64,000 bases of DNA from Malacoraja senta (GCA_038087875.1 JAXLNO010000446.1:186001-250000); one strand, 5' to 3'. Numbered from the stretch's first letter, positions 50,070 through 63,059 are shown. Translations and numbers: made by a program. Notes: generated from the sequence alone by a model not told the origin.

Positions 50070-50792
50070 AACTCTCTGCAATTTCTTGCGGTCTTGGGCA
50101 GAGCTGTTCCCACTCTCCAAAGGCAAGCTGTTGCTGAGAGGCAAACCCCCTCTGGGCCAACAATGAAAGCTCACTCTCAGGCCAATCAGCTCAGATGGCC
50201 ATTTATTATATGTTACAGAATAGTTTACTTTCTATTCCCAATGTTCAAATGTAAATAAATAAAAGGATGCAATGAAATACCACTTAACAGAATAATTTGC
50301 ACCAGTAATCATTTAAAATGTTTGGACATTATCTTTGGCAGAACAAATTTTCTTTCTCAATAAAACACAAAGTGCTGGAGGAACTCAGAGGGTCGGGCGG
50401 TATCTGCGGAGGGAATGGACAGCTGTTGTTTTGGGTTGGGACCCTCTGTCTGACCAGTACATTGAAGATATTCAATAGACTGCTGATTCTGAAGACAAGG
50501 TACAGCAGAGTAACACTCTTGGTAAGGATTAAAACCTTTGAACGTTGCGGCAAAACAGGTATTTCCTACAGAAATTCTTGATATCAATTAAGAGGCACAT
50601 CACCTCACTTTTCTTTGATGATAGTGGACTATTTGAAGCAGGGACCCTTTCAGACTGATGGCGGAGGTGGGAAATAGCTGTAAAGGGAGGTGGGGAGGAC
50701 AAAGCCTGACAAAGACTGGCTGCTGGATGTTCCAGGGTTCAGGTACTACAGGGAGATATAGATGGAGTTAAAAGAGGAGAGGGAATTGCTTC

Positions 50793-51288
50793 GGAAGGAA
50801 CTGCAGTTGTTGGTTTAAACCGTAGATAGACACAAAATGTTGGAGTAACTCAGCGAGAGCCCGATTCGGGAACTCCAAGCCGCAGAGTGTCCATCCATCC
50901 CGACGTCGGAGTTCCGATCTTCCCGGTGAGAGGGCCTGAACATCGGTCCGTCCGTAGCGGCGACTGCGGAGGGTTCTGGGCCCCGACCAAGGGTGAACAA
51001 AAGGAGGAAGGTTGATTGACTGAACTTTATTGCCTTCCATCACAGTGAGAAATGTTGATTCCACTGTGGTGGATGTTTATGTTAAATTCTATTGTGTATT
51101 GTGTTCTTTTTATTTATATGGCTGTATGGTAACTCACATATAACTGTACCAATTGGTGCATGTGACAATAAATGTGAACTGCTACTTGAGATCGGCAGCT
51201 TCTCTGGAGAGAAGGAATGGCCCATTCTTTTTCTCCAGAGATGCTGCCTATCCCACTGAGTTACTCCAGCATTTTGTGTCTTTCTTCT
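50793..51288. mobile_element. Palindromic mini-PLE with 14-bp TSD, interrupted by a non-autonomous element (~50856-51190)
   Basis: TSD gagggaattgcttc at 50779-50792 and 51289-51302. Arms meet at ggagagaaggaatgg/cccattctttttctcc. Confidence 0.7.
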
Positions 51289-52834
51289 GAGGGAATTGCT
51301 TCATTGATTGAGAAGAACAATAGGGAATTTTAACCTTCCTATTTTCTTAGATAGATACCCGAATACCCGATTACCTCTTTTGTTTAACGTACATATGAAA
51401 AGACTTGGGAAGTTCTTTAATCCAACCACATAAAATTTCTGTGGACTTTAATCTTATCTGCAAGAGCTATCTCCAGCCCTTTTTTTTTCCTTCCTGGGCC
51501 TCAACCCCTCCAGGGATACATCTGATCCCAGCTACCTATACTTGCCCCATCCCTCCTATTTGTTCCTGACCAGAGACTTAATTTCTCTCATCTTCCAGAG
51601 TTCCATACACCCACCTGCCTTGCCCATCACTCTAACAACACACATTCCCTGAACTCCATCATCACACTTTTAAAAACATCCCACTTCCTGGACATTCCTT
51701 TGCCTGTGGACAACCCACTCCAATCAACTTGTGCAAGTTCCTGTCTAAGACCATCAAAGTTGTCCTAGTCCCAATTCAGAACTTTAACTAATGGGCCAGC
51801 CTTGTCTTTATCCACAACAATTTTGCAGGGATTAGTGCCAGATGAGGCTAAATGGGACTAGCATAGATGGGGCATCTTGGTGGGCATGGGCAAGATGGGC
51901 GGAAGGGCCAGGTTTCATGCTACATGACCCCGTGGATCGTTGCTAAACTGACAGACAGAATCAGTCCAAGCACATAGTGAGAACCGGCCAAGTTTGATTC
52001 TGAGACTAGAACCCTGAGGAGAACCACAGGTGCTGGAAGAACAGAAGGTGAATCTGAGCGAAACCTCACCTGAACCAGGTTAACAACTTCACTATCTTTA
52101 GATCTTGTGTCTGTTGATTAGGTCAGAGCAGAGAGTCATGCCTTGTATCACTGACTGAGAGTTTAGCATCGATTAGTCCGGCTGCTACAGCAGTTTATTC
52201 CTTGGAGCGCAGGAGGATGAGGGGTGATCATAGAGGTGTGTAAGATCATGAGGGGAATAGATAGGCTGCATGCACAGGGCGGGGAGATGAAAAAACAGAG
52301 GACATAAGTTCCATCTACCGCTCAGAAGGGGGGGGGTGTATATGGAACAAGCTGCCAGACGAGGTCGTTGAGGCAGGTACTATAACAACATTTAAAAGAC
52401 ATTTGGACAGGTACATGGATAGGAAATATTTAGAGGGAAAAGGGCCAAACATGGGCAGGTGGGATGAGTGTACATGGGGCATGGTTGGCGTGGATGAGTT
52501 GTGCTGAAGGGACTGAGTCCCTGCTACGTGAGTCCAGCACTCTACCATGTCACATTTATTTCATGAACGCAGAAGACTGTAAGTCGGGGGAAATCTGTTC
52601 AACCCTTTGTAGCACTGTCTCCATGCAGCAAGTTAGCCCGTGGGCTGAAGAGAAGGGAACATGAGGAATTGTGCTGGAGTAACTCAGCGGGTCAGGCAGC
52701 ATCTCTGGAGAACATGGATAGGTGACAGAAAACAGATAAAACAGAACGGTGAGTATTTGCATATTGTAAATAATACAACACAAATTCTGTAAATCAAATT
52801 AACTATTTTGGTTAGTTAAAGTTATTTAGATAAT

Positions 52835-53200
52835 AGACAGTAGACAATAGGTGCAGGAGTCGGTCATCCGGCCCTTCGAGCCAGCACCGCCATTCAATGT
52901 GATCATGGCTGATCATCCCCAATCAGTACCCCGTTACTGCCTTCTCCCCATATCCCCTGACTCCGCTATCTTTAAGAGCAGTATCGAGCTCTCTCTTGAA
53001 AGTATCCAGGGAACCGGCCTCCACCGCCCTCTGAGGCAGAGAATTCCACAGACTCACAACTCTGTGAGAAAAGGTGTTTCCTCGTCTCCGTTCTAAATGG
53101 CTTACCACTTATTCTTAAACTGTGGCCCCTGGTTCTGGAATCCCCCAACACCGGGAAAATGTTTCCTGCCTCTAGCGTGTCCAACCGCTAATAATCCTAT
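52835..53200 (-). mobile_element. CR1 LINE 3' fragment
   Basis: DTLEAGNIFPVLGDSRTRGHSL; RVVSLWNSLPQ. Confidence 0.85.
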
Positions 53201-53237
53201 ATGTTTATTTATGTACGTTATCTCATACTGAAAAAGA

Positions 53238-53590
53238 CACAGAGTGCTGGAGTAACTCAGCGGGTCAGGCAGCATCTCTGGAGAACATGGATAGGTGACG
53301 TTTCACAGAATGCTGGAGTAACTCAGCGGGTCAGGCAGCATCTGTGGAGAACATGGATAGGTGACGTTTCACAGAGTGCTGGAGTAACTCAGCGGGTCAG
53401 GCAGCATCTGTGGAGAACATGGATAGGTGACGTTTCACAGAGTGCTGGAGTAACTCAGCGGGTCAGGCAGCATCTGTGGAGAACATGGATAGGTGACGTT
53501 TCACAGAGTGCTGGAGTAACTCAGCGGGTCAGGCAGTATCTGGAGAATAATGATCGGTGACGTTTCGGGTCAGGATCCATCTTCAGACTG
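53238..53590 (-). repeat. 5 x 66-bp tandem repeat derived from the PLE pLTR, headed by one hammerhead-like core
   Basis: Unit cacagagtgctggagtaactcagcgggtcaggcagcatctgtggagaacatggataggtgacgttt. Minus strand of 53555-53590 reads cagtCTGAAGAtggatcctgacccGAAACGTCaccg. Confidence 0.92.
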
Positions 53591-54239
53591 GGTCTGTTCT
53601 ATCGTCTCTCCTGAGCCTCTGATGTTCCAGAGAAAACAAACATCTGGACTGAGTTGTTCCAGCACTTTGTATCACTTTTCAGAAACCAACATCTACAGTT
53701 CCTTGTTTCTACATAGTCATCGAGTCACAAAGCGTGGAAACAGGCCCTTTGGCCCAACATGCCCACGCCGACCAACATGTCCCATCTACATGTCCCACCT
53801 GTCTGAGTTTGGTCCATATGAATGAATGAATGAATAATTTTATTGGCCAAGTATGTACACATACAAGGAATTTGCCTTGGTGCTCCGCTCGCCAGTAACA
53901 ACACGACATACAGTAACAATCAAGAATGACACATAAAACATTAAATAGTAATAATAAAACATTAGTTTAAACATGTGAATAAAATAAAAATATCCCTCTA
54001 AGCCTGTCCTATCCATGTAGCTGTCCAAATGTTTTTTAAACATTTAAGGTACATTTAAGGTGTTACTGGTCGTGCCATTAATAGTAAGATTAAACGAGAA
54101 CTTACCAGTTTGAAGTTTGATCTTTATTTTATGAGGAGTTACGTTGGTGATTACGTGAAGAAGCCCCGCCAGTCCGCATGCGCGTCAATCTTCAAAGCAG
54201 CGGTATGAAATCACAGGTAACAGTAATTGAAGTAACATA

Positions 54240-56129
54240 TAACCATATAACCATTACAGCACGGAAACAGGCCATCTCGGCCCTTCAAGTCCGCGCCGAA
54301 CACTTTTTAAAATAATTTTTTTATTATTATTTTTATTTTATAATTTTGAATCTTCCCTACTCTCAATGGGAAAAGCTTATCCACGTCAACTCTGTCTAAC
54401 CCGCTCATAATTTTAAAGACCTCTATCAAGTCCCCTCTTAACCTTCTGCGCTCCAAAGAATAAAGACCTAACTTGTTCACCCTTTCTCTGTAACTTAGTT
54501 GCTGAAACCCAGGCAACATTCTAGTAAATCTCCTCTGTACTCTCTCTATTTTGTTGACATTCTTCCTATATTTAGGCGACCAATATTGTACTCCATACTC
54601 CAGAATTGGCCTCACCAATGCCTTGTACAATTTTAACATTACATCCCAACTTCTATATTCAATGCTCTGATTTATAAAGGCCAGCACACCAAAAGCTTTC
54701 TTTACCACCCTATCTACATGAGATTCCACCTTCAAGGAACTATGCACAGTTATTCCTAGATCCCTCTGTTCAACTGCATTCCTCAATTCGCTACCATTTA
54801 CCATGTACGTCCTATTTTGATTTGTCCTGCCGAGATGTAGCACCTCACATTTATCAGCATTAAACTCCATCTGCCATCTTTCAGCCCACTCTTCCAAATG
54901 GCCTAAATCTCTCTGTAGACTTTGAAAATCTACTTCATTATCCACAACACCACCTATCTTAGTATCATCTGCATACTTACTAATCCAATTTTCCACACCA
55001 TCATCCAGTTCATTGATGTACATGACAAACAACAGTGGACCCAACACAGACCCCTGAGGCACCCCACTAGTCACCGGCCTCCAACCTGACAAACAGCCAT
55101 CCACCATTACTCTCTGGCATCTCCCATTCAGCCACTGTTGAATCCATCTTGCTACTCCACCATTAATACCCAACAATTGAATCTTCTTAACCAACCTTCC
55201 ATGAGGAACCTTGTCAAAGGCCTTACTGAAGTCCATATAGACAACATCCACTGCTTTACCCTCATCAATTTCCCTAGTAACCTCTTCGTAAAATTCAAGA
55301 AGATTAGTCAAACATGACCTTCCAGGCACAAATCCATGTTGACTGTTCCTAATCAGACCCTGCTTATCCAGATACTTATATATATTATCTCTAAGTATCC
55401 TTTCCATTAATTTGCCCTCCACTGACGTCAAACTAACAGGTCTATAATTGCTAGGTTTACTCTTAGAACCCTTTTTAAACAACGGAACAACATGCGCAGT
55501 ACGCCAATCCTCCGGCACTATTCCCGTTTCTAATGACATTTGAAATATTTCTGTCATAGCCCCTGCTATTTCTACACTAACTGCCCTCAATGTCCTAGGG
55601 AATATCCTGTCAGGACCTGGAGACTTATCCGTTTTCATATTTTTCAAAAGTGTCCGCACCTCCTCTTCTTTGAATCTCATAGTTTCCATTGCTACTCTGC
55701 TTGTTTCCCTTACCTCACATAATTCCATATCCTTCTCCTTGGTGAATACCAAAGAAAAGAAATTGTTCAATATCTCCCCCATCTCTTTTGGCTCTGCAGA
55801 TAGCTGTCCACTCTGACACTCTAATGGACCAATTTTATTCCTTGTTATCCTTTTGCTTATAATATAGCTGTAGAAACCCTTTGGATTTACTTTCACCTTA
55901 CTTGCCAAAGCAACCTCATATCGTCTTTTAGCTTTTCTAATTTCTTTCTTAATATTCTTTTACATTCTTTATACTCCTCAAGCACCTCATTTACTCCATG
56001 CTGCCTATAATTAATGTAGATCTCTCTCTTTTTCTGATCCAAGTGTCCAATTTCCCATGAAAACCATGGCTCTTTCCAATTTTTACTATTTCCTTTCAAC
56101 CGAACAGGGACATAAAGATTCTGTACTCT
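54240..56129 (-). mobile_element. CR1 LINE (distinct subfamily), 5'-truncated, inserted in DIRS with 7-bp TSD
   Basis: TSD taacata at 54233-54239 and 56130-56136; (taaccata)-type tail. Confidence 0.92.
54307..55908 (-). CDS. CR1 ORF2 reverse transcriptase region, 533 aa uninterrupted (truncated element)
   Basis: KSPGPD, NYRPVSLTS, QHGF, MDFSKAFD, GVPQGSVLGP, YADD, RPILEY. Confidence 0.85.
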   Translation of the reverse strand: MASKVKVNPKGFYSYIISKRITRNKIGPLECQSGQLSAEPKEMGEILNNFFSLVFTKEKDMELCEVRETSRVAMETMRFKEEEVRTLLKNMKTDKSPGPDRIFPRTLRAVSVEIAGAMTEIFQMSLETGIVPEDWRTAHVVPLFKKGSKSKPSNYRPVSLTSVEGKLMERILRDNIYKYLDKQGLIRNSQHGFVPGRSCLTNLLEFYEEVTREIDEGKAVDVVYMDFSKAFDKVPHGRLVKKIQLLGINGGVARWIQQWLNGRCQRVMVDGCLSGWRPVTSGVPQGSVLGPLLFVMYINELDDGVENWISKYADDTKIGGVVDNEVDFQSLQRDLGHLEEWAERWQMEFNADKCEVLHLGRTNQNRTYMVNGSELRNAVEQRDLGITVHSSLKVESHVDRVVKKAFGVLAFINQSIEYRSWDVMLKLYKALVRPILEYGVQYWSPKYRKNVNKIERVQRRFTRMLPGFQQLSYRERVNKLGLYSLERRRLRGDLIEVFKIMSGLDRVDVDKLFPLRVGKIQNYKIKIIIKKLF

Positions 56130-56198
56130 TAACATAGTAAGAACAGCAACTTGAGAACTACCAGATGACCTTTGTGAGAGAGGGTTGGGAGTGGAGGG

Positions 56199-56310
56199 CA
56201 CGTAATCACCAACGTAACTCCTCATAAAATAAAGATCAAACTTCAAACTGGTAAGTTCTCGTTTAATCTTACTATTTTACTTCGGAGTCACGTGAGTGAT
56301 TCCATGAAGA
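56199..56310. promoter_or_regulatory. DIRS internal complementary region (circle-junction template)
   Basis: 56199-56276 is the exact reverse complement of 54080-54157. 56274-56310 is the reverse complement of 61256-61292 (2 mismatches). The halves overlap at ATT. Confidence 0.92.
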
Positions 56311-56499
56311 GTTCAAAGCTCTGTGATTTCATGCCATAGATTCAAATCCCGGCGTCTCACTGCTTCGATTGACTCAGGATGAGTGAATAATCAACAATGC
56401 ATTACACATGACATTGATTTAAACGTATTAATGGTTTACGTTAACAAAGAAAATCAATAGCAACCCTTCTATCTCAGGGGAGGCTAAAGTGGACGCAAA

Positions 56500-57350
56500 A
56501 CAGAATGAGCAAATAGCCCCGGGTCTGCAATCGGCCTATGGTAAAAAAAAAATTGAGAGTCAATTCACTTGACCATCCTGTCGCCGTGAGGATATGGTCG
56601 ATGGGAACGTCCATTGCCCTGGCCGCTGACGTTGATGCCGCCCTGGTGGAATGAGACGTAAAATTGTCAGTGTTAATACCTGTATAAACCAGAACCTGCT
56701 TCAGCCACCTTGAAGTAGTCTGAACCGACTTTTTGTGTGTGGTTGTTTGTGGCTAATAAACAATGCTGATCCCACACCGCTTAGGATTCTGGTGGCCTTG
56801 ATATAATATAGCAAGCGTGCCCTCACACATAGACGCGAGTCCATGGGGTATGCCGAAATATGATCTTAAACCCTGTCACCCCTGGTCTGCTCTGCTTGTG
56901 TAGACCAGAAATGTAAAACGTAATAGCATCTGCAGCCACTTCCATCCTATCTAGCCGCAGCTTTTGCAATGTCTGCACTCTTTGTGCTGATACTAGTGTC
57001 ATGACTAAGGAAGTAGCTGGCCCCTGGTGAAGTATTGTTAACACAATGTCAATATCCCATACTGCCTATACTTGTACTGGGAGAACTTGTGTTAAAGATA
57101 TGGTTATATGGTTATATATGATATCGTTTACAAACTCGATATCCAGGGTTGAAACCCGACAAAGTGGGTCCTGTTTGTTGCAGTTAATATGATGGGAACG
57201 CACATTTGGCACAGTTAATGGCCCTATACTCAATTATTGTCAGAAGACCATTTAAGAATGAACTGGAAGACGTCAGTAATCTGTACCTTATTAAATGTAA
57301 CATTAACATTAAACAAAACCGCTTCCCACCTCCTGAATAGGAAATGTACT
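56500..57350 (-). pseudogene. DIRS tyrosine recombinase remnant
   Basis: LVSAQRVQTLQKL (catalytic R) and SRWLKQVL...FTSHSTRAASTSAA...ILTATGWSS (HxxR, W), then frameshifted YHRP. Confidence 0.85.
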
Positions 57351-58489
57351 GCTTTTTTGGTGCTATCGCTGCACCCTGCAGTGAGCACATACATGGATTG
57401 ATGTGACAACCTGAGCCGTAGGGCAGTCTATTCAGAATCTGCAAGTCAATAAATTGATTTTATCTTGCAGAGGCTGGTTTCCTGAACCACAGTTTGAACC
57501 AGCAAAGTTTTCGTTTTTTAGAATAACCGTATATGTTTGTATTATTATGCCTGACGGAAGCGGGAATCATGGCTGCATAGCCAGTCAGACAGTACGAAAA
57601 CTAAAGCGAGATCTTGCTGGCTTTATTTCAAGACCCGACTGATGAGGCAAAATGGAGGAAGACATAAAAGAACATTCTTCCTTCTTGTAGCGAGAATGTA
57701 TCTCTCAACACTGTTATGCCACATATTTTTGCAATCAGTGAATTAGCATGAAACCAACATGTCGATATTCGGTGTTTCATTGAACCATACTTTCATAAAT
57801 ACTTTGTGATCCAACACTGTGTTGTCATCGATCTGAACTTGATGATACACCAGTGGCAAAGGAGATTAGGTAAATTATTACAGGATACTTTTACTTGATT
57901 GCCATGTGATTAACATATGCCACCACCGTAGTGTATCAACTTGAAGTTGAGCATGTAGATTATGTATATTCGCTCAATAACCCTTTACCCATGGGATGCA
58001 TCTAGTGTCTATAGCTAGTTGATACCAATAACTGAAGAATTGGCAACTCATGCAAATCTCCTCCACCTCCAAACTGGAGATGACATTCGCAATTTTCCAC
58101 CTTAGAGCCCTTAGCATCAGTTTGTAAAAATAACTGAAATTCGACTGACCAAACTCCTGGAGCAATGCTGAATACTGTTTGTTTATCATTGTGACTTTGG
58201 TAGCTTCAGCTGGTAATAGCATAAGCCTGTTAACAATGACCTACATGGCATTTGAGAGGTTGCTAGTTTGCACGATGTCAGTTCCCCGACTTGCACAGCT
58301 GAATCACAGCTACTATATTGCCAATTACTCTTGATGAATAGAAGTCAGCTTTATAACAGGTTCCTATTAACTCCAATATCTTGCCACAGGGTGGAGTCAT
58401 AGGCTAATTAGTAGTTAAAGGTAAATCCCAATGACCAACAAGTCTATTTGGTAACAACTTAAAGTTATTCACCTTCCATATTTTAATAA

Positions 58490-59042
58490 TTGCGTACAGT
58501 TTTGGTCTCCAAATCTGAGGAAGGACATTATAGCCATAGAGGGAGTGCAGAGAAGGTTCACCAGACTGATTCCTGGGATGTCAGGACTTTCATATGAAGA
58601 AAGACTGGATAGACTTGGCTTATACTCGCTAGAATTTAGGAGATTGAGAAGGGATCTTATAGAAACGTACAAAATTCTTATGGGGTTGGACAGGCTAGAT
58701 GCAGGAAGATTGTTCCCGATGTTGGGGAAGTCCAGGACAAGGGGTCACAGCTTAAGGATAAGGGGGAAATCCTTTAAGACCGAGATGAGGAAAAACTTTT
58801 TCACACAGAGAGTGGTGAATCTCTGGAACTCTCTGCCACAGAGGGTAGTTGACGCCAGTTCATTGGCTATATTTAAGAGGGAGTTAGATGTGGCCCTTGT
58901 GGCTAAAGGGATCAGGGGGTATGGAGAGAAGGCAGGTACGGGGTACTGAGTTGGATGATCAGCCATGATCATATTGAATGGCGGTGCAGGCTCGAAGGGC
59001 CGAATGGCCTACTCCTGCACCTATTTTCTATGTTTCTATGTT
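58490..59042 (+). mobile_element. CR1 LINE 3' fragment nested in the DIRS RT region
   Basis: ORF 58545-58949; (ttctatgt)n tail. Confidence 0.92.
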
Positions 59043-60306
59043 TAACTGGATGGATGAGCCCAATTTCTCAAAAATAGTTTGAGGCTGAAACAGGTGATTT
59101 TAACAAATACAGCGTTAGAATATCCTCCAGTCAAGACATAACAAGTGTTTTTGAACTCTGAGTCCAAACACCGATTTTATTAATTTGGTAAATAACCTTG
59201 GTAAATAGTTTATCCCATTTTGCAATGTTTTACTGTTATTATTACAGTTATCATTGCCTTTTTGATCATTTTCAATGTCTCCGATGATCCCTGTGATGGG
59301 AACTGCATAGAATGTATCTTTGAGACGCTTATGAATCAGTTGTTAGTCAGTAATTCTGAAAATTTATACTGCACATGCAAGTTAAACGACATTCTCCATT
59401 TTTCATAATGAACAGGCCACTCCTGCCATCATTCCATGGGTGCTTCACACGATAACTGTGGCCCGATTTCCGAGCCTGTCTTGAAAGAGAATCCTGGCCA
59501 TAATACTGAGCCTCCCTCATAAATTTTGTCCAAAGGCAACTCTGGCCATTATACTGAGCCTGCCTAAAACGGCAATTCTGGCCCTAATTTCAAACTTGCT
59601 TGGAATGCTAGTATTGTGCAGTTTTACATGGTTAGATGCCTCTAAGCAGATGACAATGCCTTTATCATTTGTGTGCTGTACAAACAAGTGTAAATATTAC
59701 CAACTTGTAAGTGGTCCACTTACCCATGTTTCGGAAGTGCCAGACCCACCTACCTGCCTAGTTATGTTGAGTAGGACTGGTAGGGTGCGTGGAACCTGTG
59801 CCCAGCTGTCATGCTGCCACCAGTTTCAGTGAACCGCTTACTGCCGATGAAGGCATGGGGTGCGTTGTCGCTGAAACAATGAAGCTTTGCCCGCCGTTGG
59901 CCTTGATTAGTCCGACAGCTTTTGCTTCGTCCGCCAGGTTTTTCCTGTTGAATAGGCCTTACCTGAACAGAAGATTCGGCGGCTGGCTCTCATATCCCCT
60001 GATAGCGCTGTTCACTGCCGGCATGCATGTGCTCCATCGACATCTTTAGAATCTGGAGTCAGTTACATCTGACCTTTCGCACTCCCCTCCTCAGAGAGGG
60101 TGATTCGTACGCAGCCCTGAAACTGGTGCTGCCGCAGGCCCCTGAGGATACCTGCGCTGATACGGCCCTTCCAATGGACGTATACGAGGATGGAACATTC
60201 TGTTTGGATGGCAAATTTTGTTGTTAGGAAATGGTACCTCTGACACGTGCCCTTCATCCCTTGGGATATGCTCCACGGCTATATCCTCAGACTCGGCATC
60301 AGAATT

Positions 60307-60680
60307 ACACTGACCCGGCATGCTCTCCTCTTGCAAGAGGGAGACACGAAGCAGCCCTGTCCGAGGCGCTGCTGGCGCGGGCTCTCCCGTAGGCCGGCGC
60401 TGTGACAGATTCGGCGTCAGCAGTACACTGACCCGTCAAGGACTCCCCCTCCAACAGGGAGACATTAAGCAGCCGTGTCCCAGGCGCTGCTGGCGCGACC
60501 TCTCCCATAGGCCCGCGCTGGTACGGATTCGGTGTCTGAGGTATACTGACCCGGCATGGTGTCCTTCTCCAAGCGGGGACATTAAGCAGCCGTGTCCCAG
60601 GCGCTGATGGCGCGGGCGCTCCGATAGGCCGGCACAGATGCGGCGTCAAAAGTACCCTGACCCGGCATGGTCTCCTCAGC
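60307..60680. repeat. ~3 x ~115-120 bp tandem repeat in the DIRS gag region
   Basis: tgacccg...aagcagcc.tgtcc.aggcgctg recurs near 60311, 60430, 60547 and 60658. Confidence 0.8.
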
Positions 60681-62534
60681 TTGGGGAATGCACATCAATA
60701 ATTTAATTTTGGAGTATGGAGCTTCACCTGCGAAGGGTTAGAATGTCACCAGGCTCCATCCAAATATATACTCATTACCGGAGGGGAACCCTCACAGCCC
60801 GACTCGCCCGAGTCCAATAGGGCTGATTGATTTAACGGTGATTTCACCCCATGCCTGGGGACCACTGTGTGAGTGGCTGACCGCACTGTCAGCGACTCTG
60901 GCGGTGATACCGCCTTCCTGCTTGATTTGCCCTCCCCGGGAACCACAGCAGGCTGGAAACCACTGACCGCCTTGTCAGTGACTGGGATCGCGAACCCGAC
61001 ATCTTCCGACTATCCGCTTCCGCGGTCGGAACCGGGGTCTCCCCACAGCCATAGCCGGTTCACTCGCTGGACTTTGCCACGATATCTAGCAGGATACCTC
61101 TGTGAAATGAGGTTCCTGCAAGAAAATCAAAACCTGGTAAGTAATACAAAACGTACCTGTAGTTTTAAACTTACCGGCAGCAGGAGCGATGCCCTGCCAG
61201 TCCGGTGCTTCGCCATGCGAACGACGATATGACGCGCATGCGGACTGGCGGGGCTTCTTCACGGAATCACTCACGTGACTCCAAAGTAAAATTGTATATT
61301 TTCCCCTTACATTCAATCTCCCAAACACACCACAATGACTTAGACTGAATGCTAAAGAAATGTTTCTTAAACATTGCATACTGAAAGTTGCAAACACACA
61401 TAAATGTGATCAGATGTGCTTGCAATCTGGTTTATCTTTAGGAAGGCACAAATGTGAACCATGGGTATTAATGGACAAAGGTGTTGTTGGAGTCTATTGA
61501 GGGTATTGGACTTTAACAAAGCATTATTATGAGAGCAGTGTTTCTGTTTACATCATGTCTTGCATTGCCACAGCTGGTTTCCAAGCTGGCCTTTTACACC
61601 AGCCGTCAATGTTATTGAGGGGACAGGCACCACTTTCCTGTGTTGCCATTCTTGTGCATGGAACCCATATGGAGTGTGAAAGGTTCTAAACACAAACTTG
61701 CTTTTAAAAAGGTAACCAAATACTTAAGAACACATTCCTTTGAGATAAGTAGATATGTAAAAAAACAGTTAGCACTCTTTGTAACTATTGTTAATTCGTG
61801 CATCTGTCAAATCTATTGATATTTCCTTGTTAAAAGCTTTCCAGCACGTTTACTTGGAATAAAACAACGTGAAATAAGGAATGAATGAAATTCATAACAA
61901 ACTCCAAACAAGTTTTTTGAGAGTAACAAGCTAATAATGCCTCTTCATTGACCACAGACTGGCTGCAGCAGGGAAGGGCAGTTCCTGTGCTGTATCTTTA
62001 ACGACTCAATTCTTGAATAACCACACTTCATACAGACTGAAGGAATCTTCTTCTAGTCGAGTCCACACACAAGATTAGAAGTTGTTCAGCCAGAGCTGAA
62101 CACACTTGTCGGCATCTGCATACAATGGTGTCTGTCTTGTCACTTCTTGTGCTTCTTGTGCGTGGTGGTGGAAAGATTGGTGGAAACAGGGCTGCGATCG
62201 ATGTGAACGCACTTTCCATGACCCCCACTGATGGAGTTTGACACTGGGATAAAAAGCAGGAACCTCAAGTCTGTGCTGGCTCTATACAAGGACAGTCAAG
62301 CTAGTCCCACGTTTCTATCTTCATGGAGTCACAGAGTCCTAGAGCTGTACCGCACAGAAACAGGCCCTTCGGCCCATCCTGCCCATACCGACCAAGTTGC
62401 TGGAGTAGTCCCATTTGCCTGCATTTAGCCCATCACCGTCTAAACCCTATCCATATATCTGTGCAAATGTGTGTTAGTAGCTTTCGAGGCCTGCTAAGCC
62501 GCAGCAAGTAAGGGTTTCATTGACCTGTTGCCAG

Positions 62535-63050
62535 TGGTAGGCCCCCCTCAGTCATGACTGACCATGGGTGATGCATCCTAGTTGTTGGCTGCTTGCTCCA
62601 AACCTTGGCTGGAGCAGCGTCGCTTGCGGCTGAAGAGACCAATGTGGGACACAGTCTCTGTGGCAAAGGTCACATTTGTGTGTGTGGTCAGTGGTTTGTT
62701 GAAGTTGCTGTGCTCCTTTCTGCGTGCCAGCTTGTCTGCCGCTGCGTTCAACAGTTCCTCTTCCCCCGTTTTGAGATGTTGGTTCAGTGTACCTCTCCAC
62801 CTCGTGCGGTCAGCTGCAAGGCTCTCCCAGGACTCCACATCGATGTCGAGCGCCTTCATATCTCTCTTGCAGACATCCTTGTAACGTAGCTGGGGGCGTC
62901 CGATGGTTCTCCTCCCAGATGTCAGCTCTCCATAGAGGATGTCTGTTGGAATACGGCCATCATCCATCTGGTGGACGTGGCCCGGCCACCGCAGTCTGCG
63001 CTGCCTGAGTAGTGTACATACTGGGAAGGCCAGCGCGAGACAGGATCTCG
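62535..63050 (-). mobile_element. RTE (BovB-like) LINE 3' fragment
   Basis: LLRQRRLRWPGHVHQMDDGRIPTDILYGEL...GRPQLRYKDVCKRDMKAL. Confidence 0.88.
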
Positions 63051-63059
63051 ACGTTGGAC

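Larger units (their letters stand above)
54080..61292 (-). mobile_element. Complete DIRS1-like element (ITRs + ICR) with decayed gag/RT/RH/YR and two nested CR1 insertions
   Basis: 34-bp ITR (54154-54187 vs 61230-61263), ICR 56199-56310, YR motifs SAQRVQTL and HSTRAAS...GWSS...YHRP, RT remnants PRLFTKL and LEDIL. Confidence 0.93.

Noticed and set aside
53238..53501. Each 66-bp unit as a self-contained hammerhead
   Set aside because: Units lack the CUGANGA box (only ctgaccc / ctgagtt are present).
53238..53565. 66-bp (and 45-bp) arrays as CRISPR arrays
   Set aside because: Head-to-tail units with no unique spacers, no cas genes, and clear derivation from retroelements.
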